NCBI GenBank assembly: GCA_965153285.1
Contig: OZ229113.1
Reading direction: 5' to 3' (one strand)
From: Podarcis tiliguerta
Taxonomy: Eukaryota
DNA: 64,000 nt
In this document: positions 44,202 to 55,620 of the stretch, in pieces
How the letters are laid out: the number at the start of each line of letters is the position of its first letter
How positions within the stretch are numbered: the stretch's first letter is position 1
Translations under genes and position numbers: made by a program
Notes under the pieces: generated by a model
Database searches by the model: none
The model's input: the letters and a program-made list of their open reading frames with translations, nothing else
Told to the model about the DNA's origin: nothing

Positions 44202-44516
44202 AAGGTAAAGGGATCCCTGACCATTAGGTCCAGTCACAGATGACTCTGGGGTTGTGGCGCTCATCTTGCTTTATGTGGCCAGCATGACTAAGCTGCTTCT
44301 GGCGAACCAGAGCAGTGCACGGAAATGCTGTTTACCTTCCTGCTGGAGCGGTACCTATTTATCTACTTGCACTTTGATGTGCTTTTGAACTGCTAGGTTG
44401 GCAGGAGCAGGGACCAAGCAATGGGAGCTCACCCCGTCGTGGGGATTTGAACCGCCGACCTTCTGATTGGCAAGCCCTGGGCTCTGTGGTTTAACTCACA
44501 GTGCCACTCGCATCCC
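44202..44516 (-). mobile_element. Sauria SINE with internal deletion
   Basis: Family sequence; 11-bp TSD TTGCATGAGTA at 44191 and 44518. Confidence 0.9.
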
Positions 44517-45049
44517 ATTGCATGAGTATTGTTTTGTATTCAGTGGTCTGTGTTTGCCTGAGCTTGAGTGTGGACAAAGGATTCTGAGCTCCTGTGTTCT
44601 GATTAAATACATGATGTCCAATCAAAGAACATTTCAGGATTTGGGCCTCTGCCATTGGCCCTTGAACTCTGGGTCGTGATTCGCAGCTTGGAAGTTTAGA
44701 CAGCCAATCACCAATCACGTTGGAGTGGCCCTGGCTTTCAGGAATGTATGTAAGCAGTTGCTTTGCCCGTTTCCCAGTTATGTAGTTCAATAAAGGTTCT
44801 TGCTGTTATCGCTGTGTCTTGCCTCGTGGGAACTCACCTATATCTCAAGTATCTCTGGATCCAACCTTGTGATTCTGAGGTCAAGAGTAAAATACAACAT
44901 TAACACGTTAGGGTGCAGCCTCTTCACAGGAGGAGAAAGGAAAAAGAAAGAGGGGGAGGGAATCAAACTGATTCTAAGCCAAAGGCCAGCGGAACAACTC
45001 TGTCTTACAGGCCCTGCAGAAAGAAATCAGATCCTGAAGAGCCCTGGTC

Positions 45050-45232
45050 TCATGAGACAGAGTGTTCCACCAGGTCGGAGCCAGTGTTGAAAAGGCCCTG
45101 GCTCTGGTTGAGGCCAGTCTAACTTCCTTAGGGCCAGGGACCTCTAGGGTGTTGCTATTTATGGACCTTAAGGTCCTCCGTGGGGCATACGAGGAGAGGC
45201 AGCCCCATAGGTAGGAGGGTCCTAGGCCGTGA
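45050..45232 (-). mobile_element. L2-like LINE fragment
   Basis: GTTCCACCAGGTCGGAGCC...GAAAAGGCCCTGG encodes an RAFS..AP..WN-like motif on the - strand. Confidence 0.6.
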
Positions 45233-46669
45233 TATGCTCATATATGCCTACTTTGTGTTGTAAAACTGGGAAATAATGGGTGATATCAGCTCAGTTATTT
45301 CCATGGGTTTACTCTAACAATGGATATCATCAGGTATATCTATAAATAATATCATTGCTTTTTCTAGACTTTTGCTGAAGGTCACAGCACAGAATATTAT
45401 TACTATTTACATACTAAATTAGTATTTAGTATTATAGACTAATACTATTTATTAGGTATTATTTACATGTAAGAGAGCAGTATACCAATTTACTCTATAA
45501 TTTCAATTGTTCTTTCTGACTTAAGCATTGCATAAATATTCTCAAAATGTTATGGAACATTGCATTGAAAGTCTGCATAAATCATTCAGTGATTATTCTG
45601 TTATATGTTTGTCTTAAACTGATTCCCTATAAATAGCATGATTTGTGGATCGCAACAGAAGAATCTCAAATATGACAGTAAAATTGAAATAAAATGCACA
45701 AGGAATTTGTCCAAATGTGATAGGCAAAAAATAATAATCCAGGGAAATAAATGAGTGTTGACTATAATATATCATTATTTTAACAGCTTTAACATTTTGC
45801 TGTATGGCTTCATTCACAGTTGTGCTGTTCTGCTATGTTTAAGCATACATAAATGTCTCTGTAATTCAAGGTATGTGACCGACCAGTTATTTACAGTCCT
45901 CCTTTTCTGATTGGCTGGTTATAGAGATGGAAGTAATAGCAACCACATTTTTTTAGCGTTATTAGTGATAGACAAAAATAAAACTAAACAACTTGACCCC
46001 CTCAAATAACTTTCTGACTTAGTTTGTTATCCAAATATGGAAGTGGGTAGGTAAGCTACCACCAGAAAAAGATATATTGATACATTAATATTTGAATAAC
46101 TCAAACATCTTAAGGCTGGAATGGTTACATTTAAAAACAGAGGGGAGGTGTTGAGACCATTCTTGACCGATACAGTTGCATCAAAATTAATGCTTTCATT
46201 CCTAGAGTGATTAAATATAGTCTATATTTTAGAGATGGTTAATGTATTAGACTGTTACTTTCTTGCTGCTTCAGCAAATGTAAGACTTGTGTTCCCAGCT
46301 AGATCTAGTAGTGATAAAAGTGTTGTGAATGTTATTTTTGAAAAATGTTAATAGTTGTATTCAGTATTTAAGACAACATTTGGTGTGAAACGGTGTTAGT
46401 CAAAGAAGAGAGAATTTAACCATGCTTTGAAAAACAAAGAACAATTTGCTGTTCTCCTTGTTGCTCTTTCTATTCCCACTTTTGAATTTGGGTGAGTTAC
46501 CTTCAGCCAGATAGATGCCATTGTCTCATTTCCCATCAAGTTTATTTTGGTTGTGTCGACATGAATAGTCCTTAGAAAAGATTGCAGGGAGGGAATATAC
46601 TATATACTTATACTACATAGTATAAGGAAATAGTAATCACATGCACAATATAAAGTTAGAATTTGGCCT

Positions 46670-47018
46670 GTAAAGGTAAAGGGACCCCTGATCATTAGGC
46701 CCAGTCGTGATCGGCTTTGGGGTTTCAGCGCTCATCTTGCTTTATTGGCTGAGGGAGCCGCCGTACAGCTTCCAGGTCATGTGGCCAGCATGACTAAGCC
46801 GCTTCTGGCGAACCAGAGCAGCGCACGGAAACGCCATTTACCTTCCCGCCAGAGCGGTACCTATTTATTTACTTGCACTTTGAGGTGCTTTCGAACTGCT
46901 AAGTTGGCAGGAGTTGGGACTGAGCAACGGGAGCTCACCCCGTTGCGGGGATTCGAACCGCCAACCTGCTGATCGGCAAGTCCTAGGCTCTGTGGTTTAA
47001 CCCACAGCGCTACCCGCG
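46670..47018 (-). mobile_element. Sauria SINE
   Basis: Near full-length reverse complement of the 23809 and 60583 copies. Confidence 0.9.
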
Positions 47019-47245
47019 GGATAGTTAATAAGTAAAGATAATAAGAAACACCCTACTGTCCCATACTTGAGATCCATGCGAGAGGAAATGCTACTAACCT
47101 TAGTAACTATATTTCACAATGTGTGAAAGCAGGGCTTGTATCTTTGGAATCAATTTGTGTTTTTTAAATAAAAAATAATATTAAGGTCTTATAGAAGAGT
47201 TACATTTACCTAAGACTTGTAAAAGAGTTATTGTGCAATACTTCT

Positions 47246-47247
<2 letters not shown>

Positions 47248-47277
<30 letters not shown>
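47248..47277. repeat. (TTA)n microsatellite
   Basis: Directly visible. Confidence 0.9.
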
Positions 47278-48677
47278 GTTAGTATGTTAGTAGTATTAGT
47301 ATTGTTAGTATGATCTCCAAGGTAACCCCTATGTGCACTGTATGAAAATCTTGAGAGAACAGTTCCTTCTAACCAGGTTGTTGATATTCAAACGTGCCCC
47401 TGGCATATGGCAGTTGGTGGAAATAGGAATACGTGTATTGTTTGGAAGCACCAGAGGCACAATAGCTAGGTTTGCTCTCTGTCCCTGTCCCTTTCCCCTT
47501 GCATAGTGTGTGTGTGTGTGTGTTTTGATTGTAAGCCTGCAGGTGGGGACTTGTTTTGGTTGTACGTAAGTCGCTTTGGGACCCTTTTTGGCTGAAGAGT
47601 GGGGTACACAAATGCCCTAAATAAATAAATGGACCAAAAATTCCTAACATATGTAGTAAGCTACATACAGAACACAATGATAATCTTCCATAACAGCAGT
47701 GAGTGCAAATGTATATAGGGTTATTTGTCATAGTAAAACAACAAGCATCTTCAGGATTAACTTTTAAACATCTGTTAAAAACCTTTCTATGACGTCAGGC
47801 TTATACTGAAAATTAAAGGGTTTTTTTTAGTCAGCCGGTGAACTGTGCCTTAGTTTTTATGTAGGTTTTATTGTATATGTACTGTATATGTGTGTGTATT
47901 TGCTGTATGTTGTTTTGATCTTTTTAATGAAATTGCAGTATTTAAGTATTTTTTAAAAATAAACAAATATAAAGTATGGGCTGGCATTTTGATGGTGATA
48001 TTGTTGCTGCTCAAACCAAACCAAAACCTTACATACACAAATAACACATTATCCACAATAAACTTCTATATGGAAGTATCTGTACCCTTATATAAATGTG
48101 CTATTTATATTGTGGTCTTATTTTCAATTCCATTCCTAATATGTAATTTTACTTTTTCACACCCATGATGGCACACTGAATTTATTCACCACAACCCCAA
48201 AATCTCCTTCCTGGTTATTCACTGCCATACTGGTGAATTTTATTTATTTATTTGCTGGGCAAGGTTGACATTTTTATCTCTTATTTATTTAGCAAGTTTG
48301 CATAAATTTTATTTATTTATTTATTTGATGATTTGTATCCTGCATTGAATCCAAAGATCTTGAGACAGGTAACAATAAAATAACAATGTTAATATAATCA
48401 AATAACAAAAACTTAGTGAAAATATCAAACCAAGTTCCACTGAACATCAGTGGGAACCTCAAAATACTTACATCAATAGTCATGTCTAAATATTAACAGT
48501 GTGAATGTTGAATGAATTTCAAGTTTCAAGGATTACAAAGCCAGGGTGCTGCAATGGAGAAGGCATGTAGTCTTCTGATGTATAACACCTATTGAATGGA
48601 TGCTAGGGAGAGCCTTTCCAGCAGTCTTAACTCTGGGGCAAGACTCTACAGAAAGAAGTGTTCTTAAAGTATTTAGA

Positions 48678-48895
48678 AGAATAGAATTGTAGAATTGGCA
48701 GAGACCCCAAGGGTCTTCTAGTCCAATCCCCTGCAATGCAGGAATTTCAAAAAAAAGCATCCATGACAAATGGCCACCCCACCTCTGCTTAAAAACCCCC
48801 AAGGAAGGAGAGTCCATCACTTTCTGAGGGAGTCCATTCCACTGTCTAACAGCTCATACTGTCAGAAAGTTCTTCTAGATATTTAGTCGGAATCA
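48678..48895 (-). mobile_element. CR1 LINE 3' end
   Basis: AGAATAGAATTGTAGAATTGG tail; CR1 ORF2 end-like SPSLGVFKQR. Confidence 0.7.
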
Positions 48896-49209
48896 CCTTT
48901 ATGCACCAAGTTGTTCAGTGCTTTGGACTGGGAACATTGTAGCAGCTTGGAACCTATTTTCCTGTGGAATATCAAAATATGGAATGCACACAGCTCCACC
49001 AAAATATCACTCATGGGAACTAATAAGCTACTGCAGATCTAAAGATACTGGCTCCTTCCTCTTGCTAAAAAGGTAACAATGGCTTTATCCCATTGAAAGC
49101 AGTTGAACAAATTAGTCGAAATTAGTTCAAGTCCTGTTGTTATATGTAATTTGGTTCAAACCCCAACCAAAATATTCAGTGACCAACCATTCTTGAAAGT
49201 TGTCACACT

Positions 49210-49342
49210 CAATGCTTTCCCCCCTAGAAGAATAGGTATTGGTAGTCAACGTGAAGTTGTTACAGTAAGTGCCACAGTTTTTAACAACAAAAAAGAGGTG
49301 CCGGTACTGCGTACCATTGAGGACCCTCTGAAAAAAGCACTG
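49210..49342. mobile_element. hAT (Tip100-like) MITE
   Basis: CAATGCTTT...AAAGCACTG termini as in the 42062 copy; TSD unclear. Confidence 0.6.
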
Positions 49343-49809
49343 GGAATAAGTCACACAACAAACTTTAGCTAGATTATCATCTCTATTGCTCAAACACAAG
49401 GCTGTGTTTGAGCCTTAGGTGCTATGCAAGTTGATAAACCAGGACTATATAGTTGTCTCCAACCTAGGAATTGAAGCTGAAGACTGACACTTAAATCAGG
49501 GACTAGGATCTGAGCTGGATCTAGGTCTGGAAATTAGTGCACTGTTCAGAGGCTTCATTCCCAACCAGAGGACGTTGTGTATCCTTTTCTGTACCTGAAG
49601 AGGGCTCTGTGATCTGGTGATCTGGTCCAAGATCAATGACTTGGCTAAACCTATTCCCACCCTCGGGCAATGGCATGAGGCTCTTGGTTCAAATCCTGGC
49701 TCCTCCAATAAAGATTTTGAAAAAGTTCACAGGAGGATGTTTTTGTAACAAAATTAACAATATTAATCAAGATACAAATACTTGACTGAAACAATAGCTC
49801 GGTTTAATA

Positions 49810-50048
49810 CAGTGGTACCTCGGGTTCCATGCACTTCAGGTTACATACACTTCAGGTTACAGACTCCGCTAACCCAGAAATAATACCTTGGGTTAAGAAC
49901 TTTGGTTCAGGATGAGAACAGAAATCGTGCTCCGGCGGCACGGCAGCAGTGGGAGGCCCCATTAGCTAAAGCGGTGCTTCAGGTTAAGAACAGTTTCAGG
50001 TTAAGAACAGACCTCCGGAACGAATTAAGTACTTAACTCGAGGTATTG
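49810..50048. mobile_element. Tc1/mariner-type MITE
   Basis: TA|CAGTGGTACCTCGGGTT...AACTCGAGGTATTG|TA; iterated CAGGTTA(AGA) motifs. Confidence 0.82.
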
Positions 50049-52730
50049 TAAAAGGAGAAAAATGTGTTAGTAAATGAAACTTTTAATAACCTCCTTTTTT
50101 TCCTATCAGACTTATCTGATATGTTGTTTGGCAAACACATTAAGTATGGGCATGTCCCCACCTATGTGCAGTGCTAGGAAATAAATAATTCAATTCAAAC
50201 CTGCAAACAGTGGGAGAGAGCTGGAGGGCCCTTGTGGCACCCAAGGAGACCCTCCCCATAAGTGAGGGTGGAGGAAGCCCTAATGTGACCACAGGGAGGC
50301 TTTGTTTAGGCTGCTCAGCTTCCCAGCCTAATAGCTGGTGCACACGGTAGCACAGCAGCCTCTTTTCTGTGCAACTCCAGCTGGCCCCAGCACTTCAGTT
50401 CTAGTTGTGGATATTTTTGGATACAATATTTTTGGTCTGGATTGGGGCGAGAGCAGCAGAGAGGGCATTTAAGGGGTGTTTAAAGGGTGCTCCACACTTA
50501 TTCGATTTTTGTTTATGCGCGTGGGGCCCCAGATTATAACCCCTGTGTAAGTGGGGAGATGCCTGTAATTGAGGATTCAGCAGGCGTAAGGGAAACTCAT
50601 AAGGTTCTAAAGAACTAGATTTGAAGGGGTAGAGACTAAAATAAGCCATCCCAGTGAGGATTGAGCATATTCAGTGGCCACAGAATGCTGAGTATTTGTT
50701 GAGGGGTGGAGAATCAGTGAAGAAGGATGAAATGGAATATTCTGGAAGAGGGCATGGCCAGATTGCACCCTGAAAGGAGCATTCTTCTCTTGGAACATTT
50801 TGTCATCCTAGTGACTTGACTCAGGTGAGCTATTATGGGACTAAGGCCACGAAATTCTTCGTATACTTTCACAAACAAAATTGAAGGAATTATTAATTGT
50901 ATTTGAAAACCAAATGGTTTGCTTGGGACAAATCCATGTTTTAAAATGGGAATCACTTTCATTTAACAGGCTTATAACTGGAGTGCCATATCTGCTGCAA
51001 AACTACGTGGATTCCCATAGGTTTTGAAATAACAGCTGTTGAAGACTCATAAATTTCCATATTTAGTATTTTTCAAATGGCAGACTATTGGTTGTTTCAT
51101 GTTTGAATCTTTAAAAAAAAATTCCAGTGCCGTTTAATAACGAATCCTTTGCATGTTGGGCACAATAATTTAACATAAGGTTGCTAAAAGCATTTTATAG
51201 TATTATGAATCTCATTATTACAAATCAGTGGAGTGTGCTTGATAGCAATTGCAATGAAGCATTTTGCACCTGATACAGTTGTATCAATGTTAATCTAAGA
51301 ATTAAGAAAAAAGATGAAAATGTTACAAACCATATTGAAATTAACCTTGTAACATTAAATTCCTACACTATTTCTCACTGCTGATCATTATTACATTTAA
51401 CCTAGAACCCTAGTAATTTAAAATAAGGGGTAAATTTGAACCTTAGTGGAATATTTCTACACATCAATAGGATTGAGTGCATGGCTGCAGTCCTATGGAC
51501 ATCTACTTTGGAGTTAAGCTGCAATCTATGTGAAGTCATTAAACTCAATGATACTTACATCTAACTAAACATAAACATGATTTAGCAACCTTATTAAATT
51601 CAAATGGACTTACTTCTGAGTAAATACAAGTTTGATCCGAACCATACAATGCAGCAATGCCAGAATAGTGATTTTGCACATTGTTGGTAAACTTTGTTGT
51701 AGGTACTTAACTTTTGGTGTTATAAATCTTTGGGTTGGAGCATTGTCCTGATGTAAGAATAGCACTCAGATCTTAATCAGATTTGGAAAAGTCCCACTGA
51801 ATCCAATGGGACTTGTTTCCAATAAGCATGCACTTGAAAGTGAACATGTTAACTTTAAAAATACTTATCGGAGACTTCTGCTACACTTCAACCCCATTAA
51901 CTTTATGAAACAACAAGTTATTTGTTCTACCATTACTAATTTCTTTGCTAAATAGTAGCAAAGCACAATTTATATGGTTTTTATCCATTTAAGTTATACC
52001 ATTCAACTCTTCCAAAGGAAGCATTAAGTATTTCGAGTACCAGTCTTGAAGAACTGGAACACTTCGAAGAGTACCCGTGCAGTTTATTTGACATATGGAA
52101 TGTTCTTTTCATGAATTTCATGGTGGGTATAAAGTGGTATACTGTGTTGTTAATGGCACTTGAGTCTTCAAAAGATTTTGAATACACCAGTAGGCTTGCT
52201 TAGCACTAGCAGTAGATTAATCTGATAATATATTTTAATAGGGTTTACTATACTTCAGAACTTTAGCAGATGAACATATTGGTAGTCCATTTATAAGGCA
52301 ATATTTGTGCCATGTGTGCAAATGAAAAGGAAGGAAAAGGAAAGCCAGAGAACTCAAAGGAGATTTGTGGGTCATCTAGTCCGAGCTCTCCCAGAAGTAT
52401 GAATTCCACTAAAATATTTGACAAACATATTCTTGTGCATTCAAGAAGTAGAATCCTGTTGGGTTCTGACCAAAGGCCTTTAAATGGGATGGGAACTCTA
52501 CAGGCCACTAGACATTGTGGGACCAAAATATTCATCATCCTTGACAATTAGTCATACCAGGTGGGAGTTGCATGGCAGTATTTGAAGTACCTCCGATTCC
52601 CCATTCCTGCCTTATCTACTCTACTTATATATATTATCTTTTGACTTAGGTGTTATTCTTAAGCTGTTCATGTTTCTTTGTGTCACGGTTCAGTTCTCCA
52701 CACTGTAACATTACAGGTAATATGCCCATA

Positions 52731-52989
52731 CAGTGGTACCTCTAGATACGAACAGGATCCGTTCCGGAGCCACATTCGCATCTAGAGTAGAGGTAAATGT
52801 ATCTAGTGACGGCACGTCTGCGCATGCGCGCATTGCTTTTTGCCGCTTCTGCGCATGACGTCATTTTGAGCGTCTGTGCGTACGCAAGTGGCAAAACCCG
52901 GAAGTAACGCACTCCGTTACTTCCGGGTTGCCGCGGAGCGCAACTCGAATGCGCTCAACTTGAAGCAAATATAACCCGAGGTATGACTG
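52731..52989. mobile_element. Tc1/mariner-type MITE
   Basis: TA|CAGTGGTACCTC...GAGGTATGACTG|TA. Confidence 0.82.
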
Positions 52990-53799
52990 TATTTAACTCC
53001 TTAAAATCTAAGGAGATATTTTTGTTTCATTATGAAGCTGAGTTTTTCAAAGGCTGCCCATGATTGTTTTACTCCTCTCTTCATTTCCACTGTTTAATTT
53101 TCTCTCCCCAATATATATACTTTTTGTCCTAAATAGATGTATTCTTCAACTTGCACTATCATTCTCTTCTTTAAACATTACCTTAGTTATAGCAGATCTA
53201 GCTAAGACTAACCAACTAAATTATTAAGTTTTTAGGGGTAGTGATTCTAAAAGACCATGAAGCAATATGTTGCTCTGCTTCACTGTAGTTAAAGTTCATA
53301 AGTAATTCTTCACATCCAGGCTAAAATGGGTTGGCTGCAGGTTGAGTGAGCGAAACTGATGTCTAATGCATCATGCACTTATTTGATGGCCTGTGTTCAT
53401 ATTTACACACCAAAAAATTGGCAAGCGAATAAAAAAATAGTTAATTGGAGGAAGGCATTGCAGATTGGCCTATGAGCAGAAAGTCAAAGACTGAATCGTT
53501 GAAATTATTTATACCATGAATGCCATTCTGTTAAAAAAAAAAATCATATCTAAGAAATTGGAGGGAGTCTCTTGGACTTGGAGAAAGAAGACTGAACAAA
53601 AGTTAAATTAGTTGGCCACATGCTTTCCGGTTGTTCTTAACATCTGACAATGCAGGTGTATGTGTGAAAAGGTATGGCATTCCTGTTTTGCCAATCCATA
53701 GGTAGGCCACTCAAAAATATTTCACTAGGCTCAGATTAGCTTCTGTATTAGGTCTGGAAACTCACGGAAACTTATACTAGACATTAATTTGGCTGAGAA

Positions 53800-55620
53800 C
53801 AGCAATGCCGATCTGTTTAAGCGCCCCGAGCGTCCTATGTGTATAGAAATTAGGCATCCTCCTCTCCAGCTTGTAGGTCGCTTCGCCAATTGACTCGTAC
53901 ATCCCGAATGCGCTGCACCCTCCTGCCTTGTGGTTCTGTGTCTTCTTCCCGAGGCCGCTTCCCACCGAGCCAGTTCCAAATGCGAAAGCAGACGAACACA
54001 AACCATATTGGGTCCTCGCAACACAGATTTGGTAGCGCTGAGGCCCGCGGACCTCCCTGTAACCTTGGAGCAGTCTCCGAGAATGCATCGGGCCGCTCCC
54101 CGGCTCCTTTCCCGAACGGACTCCCCCAGAAAAACCGCAGCGAGCCAGAGCCCTCTCCGAGAAGGCGCTAATGACAGCAAGAGCGGTGCGTGCCTCGGAA
54201 TTTATAATATCACCGGACGGCGGGGAAGGGAATGAAGCAGCAGTCGCCAAGGCGACCAAGCCCCGCCTTCGGCCGTTCCTCTCCTCTCCATCAGCGCGGA
54301 TTCCCGCCTGGGAGGGGCGGGACTCTTTCGGCGTGATTGACAGTTGCCATAGTAACAGGCTCTTCTCGTCGCCATTTTGTCAGTTGGACTTTTTTTTTTT
54401 GAAAAAAAAAAAATTCCTTCCCGCCCGAATTATAACTTTACATTGGTTCATCTCCCTTCGGATTTTTTCGCGGAGGAAACGGAAGAATTACCCCGCTTTG
54501 GTCCGCGGTAGCGAGGCGAAGCGGGGTGAGCGTGCGTGTGGACAGGAGTGCTCCGAAGCGCAGTTCCAGAGAAGCCGGCTCGGCGGCATCAGCAGCAGCG
54601 GCAGCAGCGCTCGGGAGGGGGAGGAGAGCGGGGGGCTGACTGACTGACTGGCTGGCAGGCAGGGAGGGGGCGCGAGGGAGAGGGAGCGAGCAAGCGAGCG
54701 AGAGAGGGAGAGCGAGGAGTTCCCGGGGGCTCGGTTCAGCGCTGCGCTCCCCTTCTCGCCCGCGCCGCTCTTGCGCTCTCCGCTCTGCTTGGCCTGGCCT
54801 CAGGCAGCAGCCGGAGCTGAGGTGCCGCCGCGCCGTGTCCGGGCCCCGCTGCCGATCGCTGCGCAGGTTTGGAACGCGCGCCATTTTGTGAGCGATAGAA
54901 AATCTGCCCGGCCAGGAAACGCCGCGGATCCGCCCGCCGGGCCGGGCTGCCCTCCTCCCGCAAGAGGGAGGTGGGTTGTGGGCTCCGCTCCGGGGCCGAG
55001 GCCCTGCTCTGCTCCCTTTCTGCACAGGGCCCGAGCGTGGCGGACTAAGCGAGGCAAGCCGGCTGAGAGGAGGAGGAGGACTGCGGAGACGTTGGCTGGG
55101 CTGGGCCGCTGGCTGAGGCGGGGAATGAAGTGAACCCACCGCCACCACCCGCCGCTCCTGCTTGCTGCCGCCGCCGCCCCCGGCCACCCCCTCCCTCCTT
55201 GCATCCCGAGAAAGGAGGCCTCGGCCAGGAGCAGGACGACGACTGCGGCCCCCGGACGCGGACTAGAGGCGGCCACCGCCCCACACACGGGTAAGCGGCA
55301 GGGCCTCTGGCAGCGGGGCCGCCGGCTCAACGGCACAGGGAGAGGGGCCGCTGCCATTTTGAAGAGGGAATCTTGGCCGCCCCGGTGGGGAGGAGAAGGA
55401 GGTGGCCGACCCAGCGGGAGGAAAGGCAGGTGCCGGCTGTCCCTCCACCCGCCGTTACTCTCCGGCTAGGCCTGGAAAGGCGAGGGCAAGCTCCGTCCGT
55501 GCTCTAAATCGTGAAGGTGACGGCTGAGGCCTGGGAGACCCTTCCCACCTGGCTATGGGATTGGTCCTGAGACCCCGGCGTCGCCCGTACCTGGGCCAGG
55601 ATGGCAGAGGGAAGGAAGGA
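53800..55620 (+). promoter_or_regulatory. DYRK1A: Large CpG island, inferred DYRK1A promoter
   Basis: Dense CpG with GC box, X-box, YY1 and E2F-like motifs. Gene identity rests on the conserved order TTC3-VPS26C-DYRK1A only; no DYRK1A coding exon is in the window. Confidence 0.72.
54600..55290 (+). other. DYRK1A: Non-coding first exon, inferred DYRK1A 5'UTR (start uncertain); the rest of the window would be intron 1
   Basis: Strong donor CGG|GTAAGC at 55290/55291 near the 3' edge of the CpG island, followed by AT-rich repeat-laden DNA. Confidence 0.55.

Noticed and set aside
45550-46000. Repeat-poor AT-rich intergenic stretch as a possible conserved enhancer (also ~50850-51450)
   Set aside because: Conservation cannot be judged without alignments.
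53758-53770. Minus-strand donor-like CC|GTGAGT upstream of the CpG island (possible divergent lncRNA exon)
   Set aside because: A single short motif with no supporting acceptor or transcript evidence.
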